Virus record (IMG/VR): IMGVR_UViG_3300050821_001373
Span: 1,472-65,471 of that record
DNA: 64,000 nucleotides
Reading direction: 5' to 3' (one strand)
DNA from: a virus
Lineage: Duplodnaviria; Caudoviricetes
Shown here: positions 1 to 10,086 of the stretch, in pieces
Position numbering within the stretch: position 1 is the first letter of the stretch
Layout of the letters: every line of letters begins with the position of its first letter
The notes under the pieces: generated by a model
What the model saw: the letters and a program-made list of their open reading frames with translations, nothing else
Told to the model about the DNA's origin: nothing
The model's database searches: none
Translations under genes and position numbers: made by a program

Positions 1-1
1 T

Positions 2-235
2 TTTGTAGGCAGTGCCATTCACGGTGATCGTCAGGAACGCAGTCGGATTCGCCGGCAGCGTCGCGGCCCCAGCAGTAGCCGTGGCGGTGATCGAGCTCGA
101 TGCCTGCGGGAACAAGGTCTGCAACACCGTCACGAGCTGTGACAGCACCTGGTTGCGCAACTGGTCCGCCGTGGCCTGCGCGCCTGCGCTGCCGCCACCG
201 CCCAGACTGCCAATGAAGTCCTGATCGCCTGCCAT
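2..235 (-). CDS. virion-associated hypothetical protein (partial, runs off window start)
   Basis: ATG at 235 abuts the stop of the upstream tail gene; open frame MAGDQDFIGSLGGGGSAGAQ...ITVNGTAYK to the window edge; not in the ORF track. Confidence 0.65.
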   Translation of the reverse strand, partial: MAGDQDFIGSLGGGGSAGAQATADQLRNQVLSQLVTVLQTLFPQASSSITATATAGAATLPANPTAFLTITVNGTAYK

Positions 236-2257
236 TTACCGCCTTCCCATCTCTGCAACACGGATGCGCAAGTTCCCAAGTCTCCAGAAGGACCCTAGGT
301 CGGACGAGGTGATTGTGAGCGAAATCTGCCGCCCTCGCAGCCTTAGATTAATGTATTCGATGGCGCTTGTCATGTTGAATGGCCCGTAAGTCGTTGGAGA
401 TCCATTCGGATAGTCCACCGCGTTAATCGTTATCTGCACCGAGGCGGTCTGCGACCCGTTGAACAGGCCCCATTTCATGTCCGGCCAGAGCCAGTCTACG
501 AACGGGATTTTCTGCCCCTCGCTAAGCACGAAATACCCGGTCGTGAAGGTCGAAACCATCGGCTGCCCATCGGCGTCCGGCGAGGTCTCATGCTGGTAGA
601 CCAGCCCGGTCGGAGTGGTGCCGATCGAGGATCCGAGGATGGATTGGTCGATCCACGCCGAGCGCGGAAGTAGCCCGTAATCCCACTCCCCGCTCAGCAC
701 GTTGAGCTTGACATAGCTGTCGTTCTCACCAGTGCTTGCCAGAGAGGGGTAGAACCACGAAACCTCATCATATTCGGAGTTTGCTGCGGCGACGATCCTG
801 TTCTGAAATGCGGTGTTGAGGTTTTGAAACACCACATCCCAGACCGAGCACGGGATTTGCTGGACGCCATTGCCGGACAGCACGAAGAACTGCCCGAGGC
901 TCATCCAGAACACGTTGCCCTGCTGTGCCGTGAACGCGTGCGGACCGATCAGGCCACAGCCGGACGAAAGCTTGTTGAAGCCGAACACGAACGGCGGCCC
1001 GAGATACTGCATCGCGTAGATGTCGAGATCAGTCCAGAGCAATGCCTGCTGTGGGCCTTGCGTGCCACCCACAATCAACGATCCAGTGGGGATACGGAAC
1101 GAACCAGCCTGTGTCTGGTCTGTCACAGTCCAGTTGGTGAAGTCCTGACTGTCAGACCATCGGACCGTCAGCGGGTCTTGCTGTTGCCCGGTCGAGGTCG
1201 AGCCGTAGGCCACCAGGATTTGCTCCGGCATCGCAACGAAGATGCCGTTGTTGAATGCCGGCCCGGTCGAGATGAGCTGTGCGGTCTGCTGGCCGGAGTT
1301 GGGCTGCCAGTAATATATCGCGCCGCCGATCGGGTTGGCGAGCAGGTCCTGCCCCCAGTTGTCCAACTCCCAGTCGTCCGCCGTGATCGCGGTTCCGGTC
1401 TGAGAAGCCGGCACAACGCCCGTTCCGTAGCCGCCAAGTCCGTAACCACCCAGCCCATAGCCTACGCCAACGGCCGCAGGACCGAGCGAAATGTAATAGA
1501 CGAGTTGAGCCTGGCCGCCGTTCATCGCAACCGAGGTCCCGCTCGAGGCCGCCACATCGCCAGAGATATTGAACGTGTTCGCGCTCGGAACGGTGCTGAT
1601 CGAATAAATTCCATCGATCGTGATGCCGCCGACCGTCGTCGGAATTGGAAACTGAAAGGGGTCTCCCGGCGATTGACCGTGGTTGTTCAGCGTAACCAGA
1701 ACCGTCGAACTGCCTGCCGATGTGGTGAACGACGGCACAGCACCGCCGCTCACTACCGCTGATGTCGCACTGGATGTTGCCGTGATCTGGTAGCTGTTCA
1801 CGCCAGTCACTTGGACGATCGGGTACAGGCCCTGCAACAGCAACCCACCGACCGAGATCGGAGTGTTGAAAAACACCGCGTCAAACGTCGTGACGTTGCT
1901 GATGTTCGGGTCTACGATCGTAACCGTCGGGCTTCCATTCGTCGTCGAGAAGTTCGGCGAGAAATTCGAAGTCAGGGTCTGCGGCGTGATGTCCTGAAGA
2001 TTTCCGTTCGTGATGACGTTGAGCTGAGAGGTGGTTCCGATCGCGAGGTGACTGATAGCATTCAGGTCCGCCCAGCTATGCAGGCACCGCGGAATGCCGG
2101 ACAGCGCGAACGGATAGAACCGGCTCCAGCCTCCCAGCTTCTGCGGCAGCTTGTCCTTCCAGCGGATCAGATTGCATGACGAAATCCCCGACTGGTTCAG
2201 TGTCGGGGTGATCTCGGCCTGTACGCCGGGGACTAGCTTGAGCGATACCTCTGGCAT
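236..2257 (-). CDS. tail tubular/nozzle (stabilization, P22 gp10/T7 gp12-like) protein
   Basis: 673 aa, beta-rich with W/D propeller-like repeats (VRWSDSQDFTNW, GCGLIGPHA, C-terminal WRLGNLRI); position after adaptor and collar genes. Confidence 0.7.
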   Translation of the reverse strand: MPEVSLKLVPGVQAEITPTLNQSGISSCNLIRWKDKLPQKLGGWSRFYPFALSGIPRCLHSWADLNAISHLAIGTTSQLNVITNGNLQDITPQTLTSNFSPNFSTTNGSPTVTIVDPNISNVTTFDAVFFNTPISVGGLLLQGLYPIVQVTGVNSYQITATSSATSAVVSGGAVPSFTTSAGSSTVLVTLNNHGQSPGDPFQFPIPTTVGGITIDGIYSISTVPSANTFNISGDVAASSGTSVAMNGGQAQLVYYISLGPAAVGVGYGLGGYGLGGYGTGVVPASQTGTAITADDWELDNWGQDLLANPIGGAIYYWQPNSGQQTAQLISTGPAFNNGIFVAMPEQILVAYGSTSTGQQQDPLTVRWSDSQDFTNWTVTDQTQAGSFRIPTGSLIVGGTQGPQQALLWTDLDIYAMQYLGPPFVFGFNKLSSGCGLIGPHAFTAQQGNVFWMSLGQFFVLSGNGVQQIPCSVWDVVFQNLNTAFQNRIVAAANSEYDEVSWFYPSLASTGENDSYVKLNVLSGEWDYGLLPRSAWIDQSILGSSIGTTPTGLVYQHETSPDADGQPMVSTFTTGYFVLSEGQKIPFVDWLWPDMKWGLFNGSQTASVQITINAVDYPNGSPTTYGPFNMTSAIEYINLRLRGRQISLTITSSDLGSFWRLGNLRIRVAEMGRR

Positions 2258-3246
2258 CAGGACGCCTTGATCACCGCAATGCCGGTCACCTGCGAGGGCT
2301 GGACGTTCGGGTGTGACCCACCCCCGCCTTGCGATGCATTGTTGATGCTGACTCCAGTCACATTGTTCTGTGTCACGGACGTTCCGCTAGCGGCTAGACC
2401 GTTGCCGCCACCGCCAGATACACCGACAGTCTGCGTTGCAGCGGTTGGTGATATGACGTGCGCGTGTCCTGGGTCGTTAAGCGAGTTAGGATGCGAGTGA
2501 GAAGGTATCTGCGAAGTTGCCAACGTGACGCCCTGATTGTCTGCCGCAGCCCCAATCGTCTGTCCGTTGAGACCGCCGATCCCTGCCGTGATGCGCGTTC
2601 CCGTGCCATCATAGGGCAGCGCCACTCGACCTCGGTGATCAGGGACCGCGAACGTGGTGCTGCCGTTGCCGCCAAACGAACTGCCGAGCCGCGCGCCGAG
2701 ATACGGATAGTCCGAGAAATTATAAACCGTGCCGTCGCACAGCAAGAACGGCGGCTTCGTGCACAACAATACCCACGCTGGCATGGCCGATAGACCAGCC
2801 CACATCTCGATATGCCCAACGCGGCCCATGTTCACAAACCGGACGTTGGTGCCGTCGCTGTAGATGTGCTGCACGTCGCCCCGGTCGATGCATATCACCT
2901 CTCCAGAGCCCGCCGCGCGGAGGATGAGCACTTGACCGCTAGCCGTCGTCAGGTTCTCGACGATGTAGTATCCCGGAAGTGGGAGCGTGACCTGCACGTT
3001 TGTCGTCAATGTTCCGGTGAAACGGAGTACCGCGTTCTGCGCTTGGGTCGGGCCTCCGGATGGAGTCGGCGTGCCAGCGGGTGCAGTGAGCGTGATGTTG
3101 GAAGATGCCACCCCAATGCTCTGAACTCCACCGAGATAGCCGTCCATGGAATTGAAATCGCCGTTTACCGGGATATTCCACGTGCCAACGTTCGAGCCGA
3201 GCAGGGGCAGCGATAGCAAGATGTTCGTTGAGGTCGGGTCAGCCAT
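2257..3246 (-). CDS. tail fibre protein with phage tail-collar domain
   Basis: Collar motif FLLCDGTVYNFSDYPYLGARLGSSFGGNGSTTFAVPDHRGR and C-terminal HSH/HPNVQP. Confidence 0.8.
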   Translation of the reverse strand: MADPTSTNILLSLPLLGSNVGTWNIPVNGDFNSMDGYLGGVQSIGVASSNITLTAPAGTPTPSGGPTQAQNAVLRFTGTLTTNVQVTLPLPGYYIVENLTTASGQVLILRAAGSGEVICIDRGDVQHIYSDGTNVRFVNMGRVGHIEMWAGLSAMPAWVLLCTKPPFLLCDGTVYNFSDYPYLGARLGSSFGGNGSTTFAVPDHRGRVALPYDGTGTRITAGIGGLNGQTIGAAADNQGVTLATSQIPSHSHPNSLNDPGHAHVISPTAATQTVGVSGGGGNGLAASGTSVTQNNVTGVSINNASQGGGGSHPNVQPSQVTGIAVIKAS

Positions 3247-3252
3247 GTTTTA

Positions 3253-3966
3253 CTACCTGCTCGGTGTTGCTGCCGGGGTCGGCGACAGTGAGGCCCAAGC
3301 CCCGGCCGCGTAGCGCTTTCTGAACTCCTCCATAGAGATAGCAGATTTCAGCGCCTGATACTGCGATTCCCACGAAAGCGCCTGCTGTGGATTGTCGGAT
3401 TGCGCGCCCCAGTTCTGCTGATATCCAGACATGAAGATCATCGTCGCCGCGAACCAAAGCTGCGGCACAAACAGCGTCAGATAGGTCTGCGGGTTGAGCG
3501 CGCTCAACGGCGTTGGCCTTATGGTGCCGATCACCTCAAGCGTATACGCCCCGTCAGGCCATGCCGGGCCGACCACGATCGTCTGATCCGTAATCATGGC
3601 GAAGTTGGCCGGCGCGCCGGTGTAGCTCGGCGAGCCTCCCACCGCGTCGAGGAAGTCTCGCGAGATCGGCAAAAGCTGCATCCGCGTCCCGACGTCGGGA
3701 TTTGTGGTCCCGGCCGGAGTGATCAGGTTGATCCCGTTCGTCACCACAAACGTACCGTTGTTCTGCGGGAGCGTGAAGTTACGGTTTCCGATCGAGAGCG
3801 CAGCCGAGTCCCGCGTCACCGTCGCCAGCAGGTCGAGCTCGCTGTAGATCCGCTGCTCGGCATAGTCGATGCACGACGGCAGAATGCCAACGAAGTTCGG
3901 GTCCGTCGATTGGACCACGATCTCGTTGGCTAGGGCTTGGACCCATGAGGTGTAAGTGTAGCTCAC
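3253..3966 (-). CDS. head-tail adaptor-like virion protein
   Basis: 237 aa, IDYAEQRIYSELDL and VGPAWPDGAYTLE motifs typical of podovirus adaptor proteins; synteny. Confidence 0.6.
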   Translation of the reverse strand: MSYTYTSWVQALANEIVVQSTDPNFVGILPSCIDYAEQRIYSELDLLATVTRDSAALSIGNRNFTLPQNNGTFVVTNGINLITPAGTTNPDVGTRMQLLPISRDFLDAVGGSPSYTGAPANFAMITDQTIVVGPAWPDGAYTLEVIGTIRPTPLSALNPQTYLTLFVPQLWFAATMIFMSGYQQNWGAQSDNPQQALSWESQYQALKSAISMEEFRKRYAAGAWASLSPTPAATPSR

Positions 3967-4160
3967 CTCATATCACCACGGCAATCAGCGTGGATGGTGC
4001 GAGAAATGCGCAATCCCTGCTGGTTCGTGTCCATCTTTTCTGTGATCTTTTGCTGCCGCGCGGTCTCACACGCTTGCATCGTTGCATACTCGTGTTTTTC
4101 GGTGGTCGGTCCCACGTCCTGCTGGAGCCAGACAAACGTTAGGATGAAAAATGGTGTCAT
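3963..4160 (-). CDS. small hypothetical protein (hydrophobic N-terminus, 2 Cys)
   Basis: GGAGG RBS upstream; stop overlaps next start. Confidence 0.6.
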   Translation of the reverse strand: MTPFFILTFVWLQQDVGPTTEKHEYATMQACETARQQKITEKMDTNQQGLRISRTIHADCRGDMR

Positions 4161-4172
4161 TTAGTCCTCCGG

Positions 4173-7037
4173 TTAGCATAACGTAGTACAAACGATGCCA
4201 AAGTTTGAGTTCTGGACTACGCCGGGACCAGCAGGGGTAGTCCCGCCCGGGATAGTCGTTCCGCTGGTTAGAAGTCTTGCCCCACCAGTGGGCGTAGATG
4301 CCGCCGGTGTGTTTATTGGAGCCCCGGTATAAGACGCATTAGTGAGAATGTATCCACCATTCCTGATCGCGTAGGCCACGCCAAGTGTGACATTAGCCGA
4401 AAATGCAATGTTACCTGATATCTGGATCCCGTTGCACATCGAACTGCAGAAGAGGATGGTTTGTGCAGTCATTGCAGCACCTGTGCCCACCACCAAAGTG
4501 GTCAGCCCAAACGTAGCTCTTCCGTTCGCATCTGCAAAGAACAAGCAGTCGTTATTACCCTGCGGGTTCCACTGAGCAGACCCGAAGAAGTCATAGATAA
4601 CGACTTGGTGTCCGTAGAATTGACAAGTGGCGGCCGTATTTGCGCTGTTGCACGCTAGCACTGGAGCGAAACCAAGATTCCAGTTGTGAATGACGATGCT
4701 ACCATCACCGGCGTTCCAGCACGTTCCTGCGTTGGACCAAGTGATGGACCCGCGGTAATTGACCGTCAGGTAACATCCGACGCTGGATCCAGTTTGAGCT
4801 ATGGACTCAGAGATCGTATTTGTGCCGCCAGCATAAATCCCAATCGCGCAAGCATTGTAGCCACCGCCATCCCACTGGGTGCCAATCAGATTAACCGCCG
4901 TCTGGACGTTCTTCAGACAGTCTGCCGCAGCACTGCCGAAGCCTCCGTTGCTATCACTTCCATCCTGCCGAACGCAAAGCTCGGGAGAGTTTCCCCTGCC
5001 TGGAATGAGCCAACGGATCTGATCGCTGAGCTGCCAGACGTTGTTCTGCGAATAAACACTGCGGCTCGCGCCCGGCCACATGTAAATCTCAGGAGCGATC
5101 TGCCAGTCAGTGAACGTTCCAGACCCTCCAACCGTGTCAACAGTCAGGGTAAACGTCGTGCCCGAATAGGTCGCAAGACCTGCCATCCAATTCGCAGTGT
5201 TGGCGAGCGAATAGACCCGATAGCGCTGGGCGGTGTCGATCGTCAGGCCGGCTGCCGTGGTGAACGCCTTCGAGCCCGTACCTATCGTAAAGCTGGTGGT
5301 GCTGGACGCGAACTGAGGCAAGAGCATTTTGGTCTTGCCGAGATCATCGTTCTTCACCCGGAAAGCGCAGCCGGACGTATAGCCAGACGGTGCGTTGAAC
5401 GTAACAGCGTAAAAGGCCGCCCCGCTTAGAGCCAATGTCTGCTGGCAATCAGATGAGGTGCTCGTATAGGCAGCAGTCTTGGCGAGACGTGCGTTAGTCA
5501 GGACGCCAGCCACCGCCGCAACCGTACATGTTCCGCTGCTGGAGATGTTGCAGGTGCCGGAGGTGGTGATACCAGAGCCGGGCGAAATGGTGACATTGGT
5601 CACTGACCCGGCAGAGTTCCAAGCCGGCGTAGATGCGCCCATGGTCAGCACTTGGCCGTTGGTGCCCGCCGCCAGTGCCTGCCAGCCCGTGCCGCCGGCC
5701 GCGCGGTACAGGATCGAGCCCGTGCCGGAGCCAATCACGTCAAGAACCGAACTCGGAGTGTTCGCGCTCGGTGCCGCAGAGCCGCCGGAGACGTTCGCGA
5801 GCACATTGCCGGTAGCGATCGATGCGAGGCTGACCGTTCCTGTCGTGGTGATCGGGCCGCCAGTCAGGCCAGCGCCGGTCGCGACGTTGGTCACGGTACC
5901 GGTACCGGCAACCGTAACCCATGACGGGTTCGCCGCCGCGCCGTTGGTCTGCAGCACCTGCCCAGACGTGCCGGGAGTGAGCGGGACCCAGGTCGAGGCA
6001 TTGCGGTAGAGAATGCTGCCCTGCGTCGTCCCGAGCATATCGAAGACATTGGACGCGGACAACGCGGACGGAATTGCTGTGCCGCCGGAGTTATTGCCCA
6101 GCACCGAGTTATTGGAGATTGAGGGCAATTGCGCCAGCATGACATTGCCGGCGATATCGGCGAATGTCGGCTGGCTTGCGGTGAACGCGCCAGCGGTAGA
6201 AAGCGAGCGCAACCATTGGCTTGCCGTGGCATTGATCGCGTTGACGCAGCCCAATGCAGCCAATTGGCTCGCCGGGCATTGCGTCGGAGCAATTGAGCCG
6301 CTAATGTCCGCAAATGACGGTTGCGACAATTGGGGGATGCCGCTCGTGGAGATATTGCGGACCCAATTGCTCGCAACGGCGGTATTGGCCTGCACACCAC
6401 CCAATGTCGAGGTTGATGGATTGGGAAGATCAGCCCCCACCAGTGCCCGGAACGTCGGAGCCGACGCAGCGCCTGTGGTCGGTCCGGACCACAACGTGTT
6501 CGCGGCCTGCGTCGCCAGCGATCCGGTCAATGTGCCGTTGGACGTAACCGGGCTTCCCGTCACGTTGAAGATGCCCGGCAGCGCGAGGCCGACCGAAGTC
6601 ACCGTGCCAGTGCCGGACAGCGTCACCCAAGACAGGTGCCCTGATCCGTCCGTGGTCAGAACCTGGTTGTTCGCGCCGTTCGTTCCCGGAAGCTGGAACA
6701 GAACCGATCCGGCTGCTGATGGCACAGTGATCGCCGCAGCGCCCGAGGTAGCGCCGTTCAGCGTGAGAGAGCCGCCCGTTCCGCCGTTGAGGCCCAGCGT
6801 CGGCGCCACGGTCGCCACCCAGCCCGAAACGCCACGGTTGAGGATCGTGCCTTGACCCGAGCCGAACCCGCGATCAAGCAAAGTGGACTGCGAGTAGAAC
6901 CCCGGCAATCCGGTCGTTGCCTGCCCGTTGCCGCACACGAACCCGGTCGTGGGCTGGCCCGAGCATCCGCTCTGCGCCTGCGCCGAGGACGCCGCCATGA
7001 TCAGAGCAGCACCGAGCCAGAGAGCTTTCATTTTCAT
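4173..7037 (-). CDS. tail-fibre-like protein with N-terminal Sec signal peptide
   Basis: 954 aa Gly/Thr/Ser-rich with fibre repeats (GSILYR...GQVL...PSW); N-term MKMKALWLGAALIMAASSAQA|Q; 20 Cys. Confidence 0.8.
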   Translation of the reverse strand: MKMKALWLGAALIMAASSAQAQSGCSGQPTTGFVCGNGQATTGLPGFYSQSTLLDRGFGSGQGTILNRGVSGWVATVAPTLGLNGGTGGSLTLNGATSGAAAITVPSAAGSVLFQLPGTNGANNQVLTTDGSGHLSWVTLSGTGTVTSVGLALPGIFNVTGSPVTSNGTLTGSLATQAANTLWSGPTTGAASAPTFRALVGADLPNPSTSTLGGVQANTAVASNWVRNISTSGIPQLSQPSFADISGSIAPTQCPASQLAALGCVNAINATASQWLRSLSTAGAFTASQPTFADIAGNVMLAQLPSISNNSVLGNNSGGTAIPSALSASNVFDMLGTTQGSILYRNASTWVPLTPGTSGQVLQTNGAAANPSWVTVAGTGTVTNVATGAGLTGGPITTTGTVSLASIATGNVLANVSGGSAAPSANTPSSVLDVIGSGTGSILYRAAGGTGWQALAAGTNGQVLTMGASTPAWNSAGSVTNVTISPGSGITTSGTCNISSSGTCTVAAVAGVLTNARLAKTAAYTSTSSDCQQTLALSGAAFYAVTFNAPSGYTSGCAFRVKNDDLGKTKMLLPQFASSTTSFTIGTGSKAFTTAAGLTIDTAQRYRVYSLANTANWMAGLATYSGTTFTLTVDTVGGSGTFTDWQIAPEIYMWPGASRSVYSQNNVWQLSDQIRWLIPGRGNSPELCVRQDGSDSNGGFGSAAADCLKNVQTAVNLIGTQWDGGGYNACAIGIYAGGTNTISESIAQTGSSVGCYLTVNYRGSITWSNAGTCWNAGDGSIVIHNWNLGFAPVLACNSANTAATCQFYGHQVVIYDFFGSAQWNPQGNNDCLFFADANGRATFGLTTLVVGTGAAMTAQTILFCSSMCNGIQISGNIAFSANVTLGVAYAIRNGGYILTNASYTGAPINTPAASTPTGGARLLTSGTTIPGGTTPAGPGVVQNSNFGIVCTTLC

Positions 7038-7040
7038 TCG

Positions 7041-7499
7041 CTAACCCGCATCGCTGAGATAGAAGCCGCCACCCAGCGGGTACGGCGTGATCTGGACCCA
7101 AGCATAGTTCGTGGTGAGCACAAGCTGCGAGAGCCCGTCCACCAGTTCGCCACTCGTGAAGGTGATCGTGATGTTGTTCGTCCCGGCGTCGCCTTTGATG
7201 TCCTTGATCAGGATTGGCACGCCGCCGTAGCTAGATGCCAGATTCAACTTGATGCCGGTCGGGGCGCCGACGGCCTTGTTGACCAGCACCTTGCCGATTC
7301 CAGCGGGGACCAGATACGGCGAGCCAACCGTAGCGCCGGTCGTGATGATGACCGAGGCCCCTGTGCCGGCCGGGTTGATGAAGCTGGCGATCACGGACAG
7401 CGGCACCCGCTTGGTCGTGCCGCCCTGCACAATGACGAACTCGTCATCACCGGTCAGGCCGAGCGCGAGAGGCAAGCTGCTGATCGGTATGTTACTCAT
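7041..7499 (-). CDS. virion-associated hypothetical protein
   Basis: N-term IPISSLP...VIVQGGTTKRV fibre-anchor-like motif; IKDIKGDAGTNNITI gp34-like repeat. Confidence 0.65.
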   Translation of the reverse strand: MSNIPISSLPLALGLTGDDEFVIVQGGTTKRVPLSVIASFINPAGTGASVIITTGATVGSPYLVPAGIGKVLVNKAVGAPTGIKLNLASSYGGVPILIKDIKGDAGTNNITITFTSGELVDGLSQLVLTTNYAWVQITPYPLGGGFYLSDAG

Positions 7500-7921
7500 C
7501 AGGTCGAGCTCGCCGTGTCCGGGAAATATATCGTTGGTTCATTGGGATCGGGCAGCATCTCTACCCCAATTTCCCAGATGATGTTATCGCCGCCCTCCGT
7601 CGTTATGTCCGAGCCAGAGAACGTGCCGGATTCCGTAGCGACGAAACTCGGCACAGTCTCTGCATAGTTCTCCGGCCGCGGGTTGGCGATCGGGACCGGA
7701 TCAGGCGGGATGACGATGGTGCGAAGCTGGGGTTGCTCGACGTCGAGGCATGTACGGCACACAAGCAGGCGCAGGTTCTGCAGCTTCACGCCGGCCCACT
7801 GCGACTGCCAGGTCAAGTCGGAATGATTGTAAGTAAAATTGCACCGGTCACAGATGGCGAGCGCACGCGGCGACCGCATCGAGACGCGGCCTCTACCCGT
7901 TGGATGCCAAGGTCCGGTCAT
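7499..7921 (-). CDS. conserved phage protein with CxxC...CxxC zinc finger
   Basis: CDRC...CRTC, QPQL, DPVPIANPRP; coupled to neighbours. Confidence 0.7.
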   Translation of the reverse strand: MTGPWHPTGRGRVSMRSPRALAICDRCNFTYNHSDLTWQSQWAGVKLQNLRLLVCRTCLDVEQPQLRTIVIPPDPVPIANPRPENYAETVPSFVATESGTFSGSDITTEGGDNIIWEIGVEMLPDPNEPTIYFPDTASST

Positions 7922-8607
7922 TGGCGGAAATAGCTCCCGAGCTGCGGCGCAATGGTCATCCCTACGTCCTCAGTGTCCTCGGTTGCGGCCAGATTCCATG
8001 CCTCTTGCGCATCGGCCTTGCGCGATGCTTCAAGCTCGTTCTTCCAGATGCGGGCAAGACGATAGGCCAGTTCGGCGACCATGCAATCCAGCCAGCGGAA
8101 CGGCACTTCCGGAGTTTGGCCGCCCTGCAGGTTGGAGTCCTGGATCTGACGCGTTCGGTAATAGTTCAGTGTGTACTGGCTGGTTTGATCCGGCACCAAC
8201 CACAGCGTGATGTTCGGATTGATCAGCTTGTCATACCAGAACACACTCGGTGTGCCCTGCGCTCCTGGATTGGAATACGAGGCATATTCCGTGCGGCTGA
8301 TCGGGAAGATAAGCCGGTTGCTGAGCGGAGACCCGTTGAACGACAGATAAGCGTCGAGCACGTTCAGCGTCGACGGGTCTACACTGTACGTCGCCACGCC
8401 CGCGATAAGCGGGACACTGACCAGTTCAACAGTCCAGAGATTCACCGGGAGATTACTGAACTTGGAGAGCATGAGATTGCTCTCCGTCGCAGCGTCTTGC
8501 ATGTGCTCGGCCAACAGCGCGGAACGACGAATGCCGATGCGAGAGTATGCCGAAACGGCAAGGCTCGCGTTCGACAGAGAGAAGTTCGTCGTTCCGCTAG
8601 TTGCCAC
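7918..8607 (-). CDS. head-tail connector / tail tubular protein A-like
   Basis: MATSGTTNF start, NLWTVE, ISRTEY, EVPFRWLDC motifs of podovirus adaptor family. Confidence 0.7.
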   Translation of the reverse strand: MATSGTTNFSLSNASLAVSAYSRIGIRRSALLAEHMQDAATESNLMLSKFSNLPVNLWTVELVSVPLIAGVATYSVDPSTLNVLDAYLSFNGSPLSNRLIFPISRTEYASYSNPGAQGTPSVFWYDKLINPNITLWLVPDQTSQYTLNYYRTRQIQDSNLQGGQTPEVPFRWLDCMVAELAYRLARIWKNELEASRKADAQEAWNLAATEDTEDVGMTIAPQLGSYFRQ

Positions 8608-8612
8608 TCACC

Positions 8613-9137
8613 TTACTCCCGCGGAATCTCGATCGACCGATTGAACACGTTCTTGTTGACCGCAGTGTGGTGATCAGCCTCGAAGCCCGGCGCAAGGCCC
8701 TTGATGCCGCCGCCGCCCTTGATCATGTTCTCCTGCGCACGCATTGCGCCAATCCGAGCCCGGCTTTCCTCGATCTTGGCCTCCTCGGTGAGCTCCATCG
8801 GGCGCTCCATCAGGACCATTCCGCCGTAGGTGATCTCGCCCTTCTCGCCGCGCTTCATGTACATGCCATCGAGGAGGCCGCCGAACATATCCTGCGTCAC
8901 AGCCTCCCAGCCGTTGATCTCGAAGTCCTGGCGCATCGCTTGCTCGGACTTGCCAAGCACCTCGTATGTCACCCACTGGAGGTCGCGGCCGTAATCGCGG
9001 TTGACAACATTGAGCACGTCGTCAGGCAGATCGAGAATGGAGCGCTGCGATGCGTTCTTGCGGAGACGAACGCGGCCATGCGCCGGAGGAGCCTGATCCT
9101 CGTGCGGCGCGGTGTGTCGGGGTGAAATGCGGGGCAT
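8613..9137 (-). CDS. conserved hypothetical head-module protein
   Basis: GWEAV...GGMVLMERP motif; follows scaffold gene. Confidence 0.65.
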   Translation of the reverse strand: MPRISPRHTAPHEDQAPPAHGRVRLRKNASQRSILDLPDDVLNVVNRDYGRDLQWVTYEVLGKSEQAMRQDFEINGWEAVTQDMFGGLLDGMYMKRGEKGEITYGGMVLMERPMELTEEAKIEESRARIGAMRAQENMIKGGGGIKGLAPGFEADHHTAVNKNVFNRSIEIPRE

Positions 9138-9138
9138 G

Positions 9139-10086
9139 TTAGCTGGTCCTGTTGTATTTGGCCGGATCGTTCTTCATCTCGACGCCCATCCGGACCTTCT
9201 GCCGGGCGTATTCGATCTCGCTGATTCCCATGTTCTTGCACATCTCCCGCTCGTCCGGGGTCAGCGTAACACGGTTGCTCGGCGAACTGCCGTCAACGCT
9301 GCGCTCCGATCGGGACGGTGGGGCCTGCATCGAGATATTCCCTTCATCGCCGTTGGACTGCTTCAGCCCCGTGGCGCGTTCGATATGGTCGAAATACTCC
9401 GGGCTGCCACGAACGACGCCCTTCTGGACCGCCCCTTGATACGCGAAATCGATCTTGCGGGCAAAGTCCGGGTCCTTGAACGACGCCTCGTTCCGCAGCA
9501 TCCATTCCCGCTCAGACGACATGAGGGCCTGATTGGAACGAACGCTTTCCGCCCAGCTCTGCTGCCGCGGCTGCTCACGCGGCTCCGGCTTGGCTTCCCG
9601 CCGCTCGGCCACCTCAGCCGCGCCGGACTCAAACGCCAGAATCTTGGCTTCCGCCCGGCTGATCCGGCTCTGCGCATCGGCGATCGCTTTCCAGTCGCCC
9701 ATCTCGCCGGCCTGCTGGAGCGATTGCTTTGCCGCGTCCCGCTCGCCTTGCGCTGCCGAGAGGCCGCCCGTGATGATGTCACCCTCAAGCGCCGCACTGC
9801 GCTGTCTGGCCTCCTGTGCCTCGCGTGCCGCCAGCGACGCAATCCGACGCGTCTCAGTCACCTCAATCTCGGCTCGTTCCGCACGTTCACGGTCTGCGCG
9901 TTGAGCGGCCTGCAGCGCCTCAAGCTGCTCCTGGAGCGACTTGGCGTCCGGATCTGAGGGAGCGGTCTTCTTCTCTCCCGGCTTCTCGGTCTCGATCGAA
10001 ACTCCGTCCGGGAGCTCGATCATGATCTCCTGATCCAACGGAATGCCGGCGATTTCCTCGTCCGTCTTGAATGCTCTACTGGCCAT
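9139..10086 (-). CDS. putative capsid scaffolding protein
   Basis: Acidic coiled-coil; C-term VTLTPDEREMCKNMGISEIEYARQK typical of scaffold; start placed at ATG 10086. Confidence 0.65.
   Translation of the reverse strand: MASRAFKTDEEIAGIPLDQEIMIELPDGVSIETEKPGEKKTAPSDPDAKSLQEQLEALQAAQRADRERAERAEIEVTETRRIASLAAREAQEARQRSAALEGDIITGGLSAAQGERDAAKQSLQQAGEMGDWKAIADAQSRISRAEAKILAFESGAAEVAERREAKPEPREQPRQQSWAESVRSNQALMSSEREWMLRNEASFKDPDFARKIDFAYQGAVQKGVVRGSPEYFDHIERATGLKQSNGDEGNISMQAPPSRSERSVDGSSPSNRVTLTPDEREMCKNMGISEIEYARQKVRMGVEMKNDPAKYNRTS

Noticed and set aside
4173-7037. Diversity-generating retroelement or invertible tail-fibre system
   Set aside because: No reverse transcriptase, invertase or template-repeat copy seen in the window
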